In this document: piece by piece, positions 45,589 to 54,238 of the stretch | How positions within the stretch are numbered: the first letter of the stretch is position 1 | Layout of the letters: each line of letters starts with the position of its first letter | NCBI GenBank assembly: GCA_045863315.1 | Contig: BTUX01000002.1 | Location: 1-55,998, forward strand | DNA length: 55,998 nt | Direction: 5' to 3' | From: Candidatus Hydrogenedentota bacterium | GTDB lineage: Bacteria > Hydrogenedentota > Hydrogenedentia > Hydrogenedentales > SLHB01 | Translations under genes and position numbers: made by a program | Notes under the pieces: generated by a model | What the model was told of the DNA's origin: nothing | Database searches by the model: none | The model's input: only the letters and a program-made list of their open reading frames with translations

Positions 45589-45700
45589 CCGGTCCCGGGC
45601 GCCGAAGGACAGCCACACACGACGATTGCAGGGGCCGGCCATTTCCTCCAAGAGGACAAGGGCGAGGAATTCGCGCGAATCGTAGTTGACTTTATGACGG
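45589..45700 (+). pseudogene. 3'-terminal relic of an alpha/beta-hydrolase (haloalkane-dehalogenase-like) gene
   Basis: PVPGAEGQPHTTIAGAGHFLQEDKGEEFARIVVDFMTA is a typical C-terminal catalytic-His region (GHFxQED). It has no upstream body and is wedged between the YfhO stop (45568) and MITE copy H (45701). Confidence 0.5.
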
Positions 45701-45892
45701 CTGCCCCGGATTTTTCACACCCGCGGGCAATGAAGGATACCACTTCGTGCGGCACATACCCTTATGCAGCGACAGGGAAAACGGGCTGTTGGTGTGAAAA
45801 ATCCTCACCCGATTGACTTCCATGCTATCTCCTGAGCATATCTCACCAGTCGCTCCCGTCATCGGGAGCGACTGGTGAGAAATGCGGGCTAC
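45701..45892 (+). mobile_element. MITE-like structured repeat, copy H
   Basis: CTGC...CTAC flanks. About 7 differences from copy G. The right-hand CTA (45889-45891) is the complement of the pgeF TAG stop. Confidence 0.85.
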
Positions 45893-46569
45893 AGCATAAT
45901 CAGGGCGAGGTTTCGCGCACCATTGGCGTCCGCGCGGTGGGAGTGAAACCGGCCCGTCGTGATGGTGCATATGCCGCTGACCTCGATGTTCGCGCGCGGC
46001 ACCCCTGCCGCTACGAGTTGGATTGCATTTGCTTCCCAAAGATCGAGGAGTCGACCGCGCACGGGAAGGCCCGCCCCCGCAAAATCATCCGCCAGTTCCT
46101 GGGACACCTCGTAGGCGGAGGGCCCGGCCGAAGGACCGACGACCGCGCGAACGGTGGACGGGGAGACTTCGTACTCGCGGACCATTGTGGCGACGGCCTG
46201 CGCGGCGATGTTGCCGCGGGTGCCGGCACGGCCGGCATGCACGATACCCACCACGCGGCGGACGGGATCGAACAGATACAAAGGCACGCAATCGGCCACG
46301 CTCACCACGAGCGGCAATCCGGACACATCGGTAATCAAACCATCCGTATTCGAGTACGGAAAGGCATCGCCTTTCCGAGCGGGGCGGACACAAGTCCCGT
46401 GGATTTGTTGACCGTGCGCGACGCGTTCCGGGCCGACGCCGCACGCCGCGAAGAATTGCGATTGCGCCTCCCGGCCGCAATCCCCGTTCAAACGGCAGTC
46501 CCCATCGCTCTTGTCCGACATCACGGCAAGAGAAGCGCCAAGCGACTCCAGGAACTCAAAATGGACCAT
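45889..46569 (-). CDS. pgeF: YfiH/PgeF family (laccase-domain, peptidoglycan-editing/purine nucleoside phosphorylase-like) protein
   Basis: Start taken at MVHFEFLESLG (46569). QIHGTCV...ADCVPLYLFDPVRRVVGIVHAGRAGT...CTITTGRFHSHRAD are family motifs. The ORF-track start at 46644 is possible. Confidence 0.8.
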   Translation of the reverse strand: MVHFEFLESLGASLAVMSDKSDGDCRLNGDCGREAQSQFFAACGVGPERVAHGQQIHGTCVRPARKGDAFPYSNTDGLITDVSGLPLVVSVADCVPLYLFDPVRRVVGIVHAGRAGTRGNIAAQAVATMVREYEVSPSTVRAVVGPSAGPSAYEVSQELADDFAGAGLPVRGRLLDLWEANAIQLVAAGVPRANIEVSGICTITTGRFHSHRADANGARNLALIML

Positions 46570-46771
46570 TGGAGGAATTATGTCGAATCTCGCCACCCGT
46601 TTCACGCGCCTTACGGGAGCGGCCGGAGGGCGACTTGTATTCAAAGACCCTTGCGCTTGACGACCATCGGAGGAGTCCGCCGGTATCGTCGGTCATGTTC
46701 GACTTCAGGCGTCGGCCACACCGACGAAAGGCCGCGAATTGGCGCCGACTGTTTCGTCGATCGGTCTGAAA

Positions 46772-48160
46772 CTAAAGAATGTAGCGGGACAGGTCCCGAT
46801 CCTCGATGATGCCCTGCAGGCGTTCCTCCACGTCCTGCGCATCGAAGCGGTGGGTTTTCGACTCCAGCGTGGAGGCGGAAAACGAAAGGTCCTCGAGCAG
46901 ATACTCCATCACGGTGTGGAGGCGCCGGGCGCCGATGTTTTCGGTTTGCTCGTTCACCTGCTGCGCGATCGCCGCGATTCGCTCGATCGCGGCATCCGTA
47001 AATTCGAGCTTGACGCCCTCCGTTTCCAGCATGGCCTGATACTGTTTGATCAGCGAATTCTTCGGCTCCCGCAGTATCCGGACAAAGTCGCCCGCTTCGA
47101 GACTTTTCAGTTCGACGCGAATCGGAAACCGCCCCTGCAACTCGGGGATCAGGTCGGACACCTTGGTCATGTGAAACGCCCCTGCGGCGATAAACAAAAT
47201 ATGGTCGGTTTTGACGGGGCCATACTTCGTAATGACGGTGCTTCCCTCGACGATGGGAAGGATGTCGCGCTGAACGCCTTCCCGGGACACGTCCGGCCCG
47301 TGCCCGCGCGATCCCCGGCCAGCAATTTTGTCGATCTCGTCGAGAAACACGATGCCTGCGTTTTCCGTACGCTCGACGGCGCGCTTCACGACGACGTCCA
47401 TATCGATCAAATTCTCGATTTCCTCCGACTCCAGGATGCGGCGCGCGTCCGCGACCGTAGACTTGCGACGTTTCGTTCGCTGCGGCATCATCCGCCCGAA
47501 CATCTCCTGGATATTGACGCCCAATTCTTCAAGGCCGGTGTTCGAGAACACCTGCATCATCGCGGTCTTCGACGATTCCTGCACGTCAATCTCAATTTCA
47601 CGGTCGTCGAGTTCGCCCGCGCGCAGCTTCTTCAACAAAACGGCCCGCGTGCGCGCTTCGCCGTCGTCGGCCGGGCCCGTGGGAGCGGGCGCCTCATCGC
47701 CGGCATTCGGATCGCCGGGCCGATACACTCGCTGCGGTTTGGGCTGAGGCGGCAGAAGCAAATCCAGGAGCCGCCGTTCCGCGGCGTCCCGGGCCTTGCT
47801 CTCGATTTCCTTGGTCATTTCAGCGCGCATCATGGAAACCGCGACTTCGATCAGCTCGCGAATCATGGATTCGCAGTCCCGGCCCACGTAGCCCACTTCC
47901 GTGAACTTGGACGCCTCGACCTTGATGAACGGGGCGTCGGCCAACTTGGAGAGTCGACGCGCGATCTCGGTCTTTCCCACCCCCGTCGGGCCGATCATGA
48001 TGATGTTCTTCGGCGCGACTTCATCGCGCAACGATTCTGGAAGCTGCTGCCTGCGCCAACGGTTGCGCAGCGCAATTGCTACCTTTCGTTTTGCTTCGCG
48101 CTGGCCGATGATGTACTTGTCCAGCTCCTCGACAATCTCGTGTGGGGTCAATACGCTCAT
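46772..48160 (-). CDS. hslU: ATP-dependent protease ATPase subunit HslU
   Basis: [40 protein letters not shown]...[20 protein letters not shown]. Start at ATG 48160, because the ORF-track N-terminal extension is not HslU-like. Confidence 0.95.
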   Translation of the reverse strand: MSVLTPHEIVEELDKYIIGQREAKRKVAIALRNRWRRQQLPESLRDEVAPKNIIMIGPTGVGKTEIARRLSKLADAPFIKVEASKFTEVGYVGRDCESMIRELIEVAVSMMRAEMTKEIESKARDAAERRLLDLLLPPQPKPQRVYRPGDPNAGDEAPAPTGPADDGEARTRAVLLKKLRAGELDDREIEIDVQESSKTAMMQVFSNTGLEELGVNIQEMFGRMMPQRTKRRKSTVADARRILESEEIENLIDMDVVVKRAVERTENAGIVFLDEIDKIAGRGSRGHGPDVSREGVQRDILPIVEGSTVITKYGPVKTDHILFIAAGAFHMTKVSDLIPELQGRFPIRVELKSLEAGDFVRILREPKNSLIKQYQAMLETEGVKLEFTDAAIERIAAIAQQVNEQTENIGARRLHTVMEYLLEDLSFSASTLESKTHRFDAQDVEERLQGIIEDRDLSRYIL

Positions 48161-48197
48161 GAAATCGCTCCGCGCCGCGATAGAAGGACGAGGCCGT

Positions 48198-48641
48198 TCA
48201 ACCCAGTTTCTCGATGCGGCGCTGATGGCGGGCATGGCCGTCGAAGGGTGTCTCCAGCCAGACGTCAATCAGTTCCAAACATTCCTCGAGCGTCGAAATG
48301 CGCCGCCCGAGACAGATGACGTTCGAGTCGTTATGCTGGCGGCCAAGGCGCGCCATGGCCGCGTTTGCGCATGGCGTCGCGCGAATTCCCTTGAACCGGT
48401 TCGCTGCAATGCAGATGCCGATTCCCGTGCCGCACACGAGCACGCCGCGATCGGCGCGGCCTTCGAGTATGGCCGTGCAGACCCGTTGGGCGAAGTCCGG
48501 GTAGTCCACGGACTCCGGGCCGTGTGTCCCACAGTCCATCACGTCATGCCCGCGGCTTTCCAGGTGCTTGATGATTTCCGGTTTATAATGAGGAGGAGGG
48601 TCCTCGAATCCTGCGTGATCGCTTCCAACCGCAATTCTCAT
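48198..48641 (-). CDS. rpiB: ribose-5-phosphate isomerase B (RpiB/LacA/LacB family)
   Basis: [13 protein letters not shown]...[23 protein letters not shown]...[12 protein letters not shown]. Confidence 0.9.
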   Translation of the reverse strand: MRIAVGSDHAGFEDPPPHYKPEIIKHLESRGHDVMDCGTHGPESVDYPDFAQRVCTAILEGRADRGVLVCGTGIGICIAANRFKGIRATPCANAAMARLGRQHNDSNVICLGRRISTLEECLELIDVWLETPFDGHARHQRRIEKLG

Positions 48642-48838
48642 TGCATCCTCATTGTCATCCGCTCCGCATCGCTGCTCATTGTAGGAGGTCGGGGGGACGC
48701 ATCACAAGGGGACCTTGCGCGACATGGATAGCGCCTTGGCCGCATTCCTCACGCGCCGCTCCGCGTCTTGAGAGTAGATAAGCGCATGTGTTGTACGACG
48801 GTGTATCCCCCAATGCGCATGTGGGCGAGGTATGGGGG

Positions 48839-49462
48839 TCAAGGATGGAGCGACAAGCCGAGGGTTTCCGCAACCCTGCGGAGCATTTCGCGGTTTATCG
48901 CGCCTTCCCGGAGGATTTCGCCCGAATCGGGATCGAACACGGTCGAGGGGAGGCTTGGCTCCAGTTTTCCACCGTCGATGCAGGCCTCTACCCCGCACAA
49001 TTTGATCTCGTCGGACATGCGAGCGGGTGCCTCGCCCGATCGGTTGGCCGAGGTCGACGTGATCGGCACGCCGCAAAGGCGGCACAAGGTCCGGGCCGTC
49101 TCGCACGCGGGAATACGCACGCAAACCTTGGGCAGCCCCGCGCACAGTTCGTCCGGAAGCGCCGGGGTCTTTGGCAGGGCCAGGCTGAGAGGTCCCGGCC
49201 AAAACGCGCGCATGAACGCCGCCGCCGCCGCCGAAACGTTCGGCGCAACGCGCCTCACTTGCTTCTCATCGGCCGCTACAAGGAGGACAGGCTGGTTCTC
49301 CGCTCGCCCCTTGATCTCGAACAGAGCGCCAATCGCGTCGCGCGAGAACGGGTCCACGCCCAGACCGTATACCGTCTCGGTTGGATATGCCACGACGCAT
49401 CCCGAACGGATCAGGCGGGCGGCCTCCTCGAGTCCGGCATGGGTCGCGGGGAGAAGGCGCAT
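48839..49462 (-). CDS. tsaC: L-threonylcarbamoyladenylate synthase (YrdC/TsaC domain)
   Basis: Start at MRLLPATHAGLEEAARLIRSGCVVAYPTETVYGLGVDPF (ATG 49462, 2 nt after the rdgB stop). PITSTSANRSGEAP. The 380-aa ORF-track form is an upstream extension. Confidence 0.85.
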   Translation of the reverse strand: MRLLPATHAGLEEAARLIRSGCVVAYPTETVYGLGVDPFSRDAIGALFEIKGRAENQPVLLVAADEKQVRRVAPNVSAAAAAFMRAFWPGPLSLALPKTPALPDELCAGLPKVCVRIPACETARTLCRLCGVPITSTSANRSGEAPARMSDEIKLCGVEACIDGGKLEPSLPSTVFDPDSGEILREGAINREMLRRVAETLGLSLHP

Positions 49463-49464
49463 GG

Positions 49465-50058
49465 CTACTTCCCTTCGAGGTAGGCGCGCAACTTTTCGAA
49501 CGCGCGGGCGCGGTGGCTGATGGCGGCCTTGACCTCGGGAGCAAGTTCCCCGAAGGTCCTCGTATGACCGTCTGGAATGAACAGGGGATCGTACCCGAAC
49601 CCGTGGGTCCCGCGGCACGCTCGGGCGATTCGGCCTTCGACGACGCCCGTTTCGATATGCGGCGATGATCCCGGAACGACCAACGCGCAACAGCAGACAA
49701 ATCGTGCCGTGCGCTCGTCGTCCGGCACCAGGCGCAGGTCCTCCAGGAGTTTCGCGTTGTTGTCCGCGTCGGTACAGGCCTCGCCCGCATAGCGCGCGGA
49801 GTAAACCCCCGGTGCGCCGCCGAGCGCATCCACAACAATTCCCGAGTCGTCGGCTACGCAAGGAATGCCGAACCGGGCCGCGTACGACGTGGCTTTGATG
49901 GTTGCGTTGGCCTCGAAAGTCGCGCCGATTTCCTCCGGCGCGTCGCAGGGAGGAAAATCGCGCAGGCCAAGTAGTTTCCACGGGACGCCATCGAGAAACG
50001 AGCGAATCTCGGAGAACTTGTGGGCGTTCCCGGTCGCGATGAGAAGGGCGTTCTGCAT
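49465..50058 (-). CDS. rdgB: non-canonical purine NTP pyrophosphatase (RdgB/HAM1)
   Basis: Start at MQNALLIATGNAHKFSEIRSFL (ATG 50058). GATFEANA...DDSGIVVDALGGAPGVYSARY...GTHGFGYDPLF. Confidence 0.9.
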   Translation of the reverse strand: MQNALLIATGNAHKFSEIRSFLDGVPWKLLGLRDFPPCDAPEEIGATFEANATIKATSYAARFGIPCVADDSGIVVDALGGAPGVYSARYAGEACTDADNNAKLLEDLRLVPDDERTARFVCCCALVVPGSSPHIETGVVEGRIARACRGTHGFGYDPLFIPDGHTRTFGELAPEVKAAISHRARAFEKLRAYLEGK

Positions 50059-50101
50059 ATCGGTTGCCGCGGGGCGTGGATCCCTGAGGTCGGCCCTACG
50101 C

Positions 50102-50812
50102 TCACCGGTCGGCGAGCGACGCCCGTTGCAGCGCAAACAGTTCGCGAATGCCTTTTTCGCCGAGTTCGAACAGGCGATCCATCGTGCCGCGATCAAACGA
50201 CGCGCGCTCGGCCGACCCCTGCACCTCGATGAAAGTCCCGTCGTCCCGCATGACGAGGTTCATGTCCACCTCCGCGGCCGAATCTTCGGCATAGCACAGA
50301 TCGAGTCTGGGCTCGCCGTCCACGACGCCGACGCTGACGGCGGCGCACTGGCCGGTCAAGGGAGACGCGTTGAGTGCGCCGCGCCGAAGAAGCGAATCGA
50401 TGGCGTCGTGCAGCGCCACGTAGGCGCCGGTGATGGAAGCGGTCCGGGTGCCGCCGTCCGCCTGGATGACGTCGCAGTCCAGAATGATTTGCCGCTCGCC
50501 GAGGGCGGCCAAGTCGACTACGCATCGAAGGGAGCGGCCGATGAGCCGGCTGATTTCGAGGGCCCTGCCCTTTTTGACGGAATCGCGCTGAATGCGCTCT
50601 TGAGAGCATCTCGGCAGCATGCCGTACTCGGCCGTCACCCAACCCGACCCGGTGTCTTTCAAGAACGGGGGCACTCGCGGCTCCACCGTGGCCGTGCACA
50701 ACACCTTCGTGTCGCCGAACACGACGTAGGCGGCGCCTTCCGCGAACTTGGTGTAGTTACGCTCGATTGAGACGGGCCGCAGTGCGTCGGGCGCCCGATG
50801 GTCGGGCCGCAT
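50102..50812 (-). CDS. rph: ribonuclease PH
   Basis: Start at [41 protein letters not shown] (ATG 50812). [23 protein letters not shown]. Confidence 0.95.
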   Translation of the reverse strand: MRPDHRAPDALRPVSIERNYTKFAEGAAYVVFGDTKVLCTATVEPRVPPFLKDTGSGWVTAEYGMLPRCSQERIQRDSVKKGRALEISRLIGRSLRCVVDLAALGERQIILDCDVIQADGGTRTASITGAYVALHDAIDSLLRRGALNASPLTGQCAAVSVGVVDGEPRLDLCYAEDSAAEVDMNLVMRDDGTFIEVQGSAERASFDRGTMDRLFELGEKGIRELFALQRASLADR

Positions 50813-50931
50813 GCCGTCTACCCCGCCTTTTTCACACGCTTGGTTGTGGGAGGATGCAACACCGAACGTCCTCTCTGCCCGTATTGCCGCGCGACTCTTG
50901 TTCAATGCAGGTTGAGCGTGCGAAATGCGGT

Positions 50932-52386
50932 TTACAGCGCCCTTCCCGACTGGGGCGCCGCGACTTCCTGGTCGGGCTTGGGTTCCGTGGGCGCCACGTC
51001 CGGGGGTGCGTCCGCGGCCGCAACCTGGGTGATCTTGACGTCCTTGTGGTAGCGGTTGATGAGGGTGTCCCATACCGACTCTTCTTTCAGGATGTCGACG
51101 GCCCGTTTGAGCTGCACGTCCTCGACCATCCCTTCCTCAAGTTTGTTGCCGGTGACGGTGCCGTGATTCTGTTCATGCTGCTTGGACGGATCGCTCTCGA
51201 ACGAATCCCGCATCTGCCGGAAGAATGCGGGCCACTGTTCCATCGGGAACGGGACCTCGACGTCCGGCAGGATTCCATGCTTGTTGATGGTAACGTCCGC
51301 CGGTGTGTAATACAGGGCGGTGGTGAGCCGCAGCGCGCTTTGGGGCGGGCTCTTGAGCGGGATGATCGTTTGCACGCTGCCCTTGCCGAACGTCTTCATG
51401 CCGACGATCAGCGCGCGCTTGTGGAATTGGAGGGCGCCCGTCACGATCTCCGACGAACTTGCCGTATGCTCGTTGACGAGCACCACCATCGGAAAGTCGA
51501 GCGGAAGGACGGGCTTGCCCTTGGTATACAGGGTCATGTCCTCCGATACGCTGCCGTCGGGATGCTTGCGTCCTCGGGTGTAGGTGACGAGCGTCTTGTC
51601 CTTGAGGAACAATTGCGCTACCTCTTGCGAGGCGCTCAAGAGGCCGCCGGGGTTCCAGCGCAGGTCGAGCACGAGCGATTTCATGCCCTTATCCTGCAGG
51701 TCTTTCAAGTGCCGCGCGATTTCCTGCGCGGTCGTCTGTTTGAAATCGCTGACGCGGATGTAGCCGATCGAGCCGTCGATCACGCGGCTCTCGATGACGC
51801 TCTCCATCGGAATGCGGCCGCGCGTGACGGGGATGTCAAGGAATTCCGGCCGCTTGTCGGAGTCTTCAAACGCCCGAAACACCGTCAGCGTTACCACCGT
51901 GCCCGACTCGCCGCGAATCCGCTCCTTTGCCGCGTCGATGCTCATGCCTTGAGTTGTTTCGCCGTCGATTTTCACGATAATGTCGCCCGCCATCAAACCT
52001 GCTTTCGCGGCGGGCGATCCAAGAATCGGCTGAAAGATGACGATGTTCTTGTCGTCGTCCAATTTGATCTGCACGCCGATGCCCGAGAATTCACCTTCCG
52101 TTTCCTCGCGAAGCTCCTTGTACACGCGCGCCGAAACGAAGGAACTGTGGTCGTCAAGCGAGTTCATCATGCCGGTGAGGGCGCCCTCGACCAATTTGTC
52201 GGTGTCGGGCTCCTCCACGTAGTTGCGGAGCACTTCGTGCAGCACGACCCCGATCGGCTCGATCTTCAGGATGAGGTCTTCATCTTCCTGCGCGGAAATC
52301 CGTGCGACGAAACCGTTGGACAGGACCAGGACCACAGCGGCGAGAAACAGGAACAGGCCCATGAATTGCGAACGCACATTACGCAT
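50932..52386 (-). CDS. ctpA: carboxy-terminal processing (S41) peptidase with PDZ domain
   Basis: Start at [22 protein letters not shown] (ATG 52386 after GGAGG). [10 protein letters not shown]...GDIIVKIDG is the PDZ region. [13 protein letters not shown]...[14 protein letters not shown]...GKGSVQ is the S41 catalytic region. Confidence 0.9.
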   Translation of the reverse strand: MRNVRSQFMGLFLFLAAVVLVLSNGFVARISAQEDEDLILKIEPIGVVLHEVLRNYVEEPDTDKLVEGALTGMMNSLDDHSSFVSARVYKELREETEGEFSGIGVQIKLDDDKNIVIFQPILGSPAAKAGLMAGDIIVKIDGETTQGMSIDAAKERIRGESGTVVTLTVFRAFEDSDKRPEFLDIPVTRGRIPMESVIESRVIDGSIGYIRVSDFKQTTAQEIARHLKDLQDKGMKSLVLDLRWNPGGLLSASQEVAQLFLKDKTLVTYTRGRKHPDGSVSEDMTLYTKGKPVLPLDFPMVVLVNEHTASSSEIVTGALQFHKRALIVGMKTFGKGSVQTIIPLKSPPQSALRLTTALYYTPADVTINKHGILPDVEVPFPMEQWPAFFRQMRDSFESDPSKQHEQNHGTVTGNKLEEGMVEDVQLKRAVDILKEESVWDTLINRYHKDVKITQVAAADAPPDVAPTEPKPDQEVAAPQSGRAL

Positions 52387-52594
52387 GACTACCTCCGGAC
52401 AGCACAGGGCCGCGCTTGGGATACCGGCGCGCGCCGCGCCGCTTTCCCCTTCCCGCAACTATAACAGATGACCACAAAAAATACTAACGCGACGCCCCTC
52501 GCCGGGCCCGGCGGCGGCAACGCGGCAGTATCCAAAGACTCACTCCGCGCGTTTCCGTTTACAAGTGCGCCGCCTCCCTTTGCACAAACCCGTC

Positions 52595-54178
52595 CTACTG
52601 GGCGGCCATCGTCTTTCCCTGCTCCGTCGCCAGTTTTCTCAGCTCGGTTTTCAGAATTTTGCCGGTCGGGCCGAGCGGCAGGCTCTTTACGAACTCGATG
52701 TGGCGCGGATACTTGTACGCGGCCATCTCTTTTTTCGCCCACGCAATGAGTTCTTGCTCGGTAATCCGTGCTCCCGTCTGGGGTATCACGTAGGCCATCA
52801 CTTCTTCCCCGTATTCCTCGTGCGGCACGCCCACCACCGCGGCCAGAGAGACGTCGGGATGCATCATGAGCACTTCCTCGACCTCGCGGGGATACACATT
52901 GAACCCGCCTCGGATGATCATGTCTTTGACCCGGTCCACAATGTAGTAATAGCCGTCTTCGTCCTTGTAGCCGATGTCGCCGCTATGGAACCAGCCGCCG
53001 CGGAAGGCCTCGTCGTTCGCTTCGTCGCGCTTGTAGTACCCCTTCATGATGTTGTGCCCGCGAATGACGATCTCGCCGGGTTGGCCCACGGGAAGCTCGT
53101 TCATGTGTTCGTCGACCACTTTCATCTCGACGCCCCACACCGGCGTGCCGATGGAGCCCGGTTTGCGCTGCTTTTCGAGCTGATTGAAACTGGCCACCGG
53201 CGACGTCTCCGATAGACCGTACCCCTCGAGAATGGGGACATTGAACTTTTCCTCGAAACGCTTCATCACTTCGACCGGCATTGCCGCGCCGCCGGAGTTG
53301 CAGATGCGAAGGGTCTTCGCGATCTTCTCGACGTTGAATTTGTCGAGTTCGGGATAGTTGAGCAGGTCCCAGTACATGGTGGGGACTCCGGAAAACATGG
53401 TGATGCCGTCGTCCTGGAAGGAGCGCAGGACGGCCCCCGGTTCGAACCGCGCGTGCAGGACCAGCGTGGCCCCCGCCAGGATGCCCGCCATCATCTGGCA
53501 GGTGAATCCGAACGAATGGAACAACGGAAGGACCACCAAGAGAATGTCGTCTTTTGTCGCCCGTCCCAGGTCACGCACCACCATGGTATTGATGGTGATG
53601 TTCGAATGGGTCAACTCCGCGCCTTTGGGCCGGCCGGTGGTGCCCGAGGTGTAAATGATCAAACAGGTGTCGTCCGGCCTGCACTGGACCGTCTCGAACG
53701 TATAGGCCTGGTTATGCATCAGGTCCGAAAGGGTCGGGACGCCCTCGAGCGGCGAATCCGCGCCGGGAATGGTCGGAATCACCCACAGGTTCTTGCACGT
53801 GCCGGCCTCCTTGAATCCGGCATACCCCTCGTCCAGCACGCGCAGTTGTTCGGTCCCCTGGAAGCAGATGAAGCCCACCGAGTCGGAATCGGACAGGTGG
53901 TAGGCGAACTCGCGGTGTTTGAGCAGCGGGTTCAGCGGCACCACGACCGCGCCCGCCTTCAGAATCCCGAACACGACGATAGGAAAGTACGGCAGATTGG
54001 GACAACACAGCGCGACCTTGTCGCCCTTACGCACCCCCTTGGCGTACAGGCCGTTCGCGACCTGATTGGCCATCGCGTTGACCTGCGCGTAGCTGAGTTC
54101 GATGTGGTCGAACTTCACCGCCACCTTGTTCGGATACGCCTTTGCGCTTTCTTCCAGCAATGTCGCAAGGTTCATCAT
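52595..54178 (-). CDS. AMP-dependent synthetase/ligase (long-chain-fatty-acid--CoA ligase-like)
   Basis: 527 aa. IIYTSGTTGRPKGAELTH (A3/P-loop), GYGLSETSP, WFHSGDIGYKDEDGYYYIVDRVKDMIIRGGFNVYPREVEE. Confidence 0.9.
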   Translation of the reverse strand: MMNLATLLEESAKAYPNKVAVKFDHIELSYAQVNAMANQVANGLYAKGVRKGDKVALCCPNLPYFPIVVFGILKAGAVVVPLNPLLKHREFAYHLSDSDSVGFICFQGTEQLRVLDEGYAGFKEAGTCKNLWVIPTIPGADSPLEGVPTLSDLMHNQAYTFETVQCRPDDTCLIIYTSGTTGRPKGAELTHSNITINTMVVRDLGRATKDDILLVVLPLFHSFGFTCQMMAGILAGATLVLHARFEPGAVLRSFQDDGITMFSGVPTMYWDLLNYPELDKFNVEKIAKTLRICNSGGAAMPVEVMKRFEEKFNVPILEGYGLSETSPVASFNQLEKQRKPGSIGTPVWGVEMKVVDEHMNELPVGQPGEIVIRGHNIMKGYYKRDEANDEAFRGGWFHSGDIGYKDEDGYYYIVDRVKDMIIRGGFNVYPREVEEVLMMHPDVSLAAVVGVPHEEYGEEVMAYVIPQTGARITEQELIAWAKKEMAAYKYPRHIEFVKSLPLGPTGKILKTELRKLATEQGKTMAAQ

Positions 54179-54238
54179 GGTCCGTTCACTCCCATGGCGA
54201 TAGGCCCCGACAACCCCGGGGGCCGCCGATTTTCTTCC

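Noticed and set aside
9754-45892. The repeated hairpins could be read as a CRISPR array or degenerate CRISPR repeats.
   Set aside because: Copies are separated by kilobases of ordinary genes, not by 25-50-nt spacers. The unit is 192 nt with TIRs. No cas genes or leader are present.
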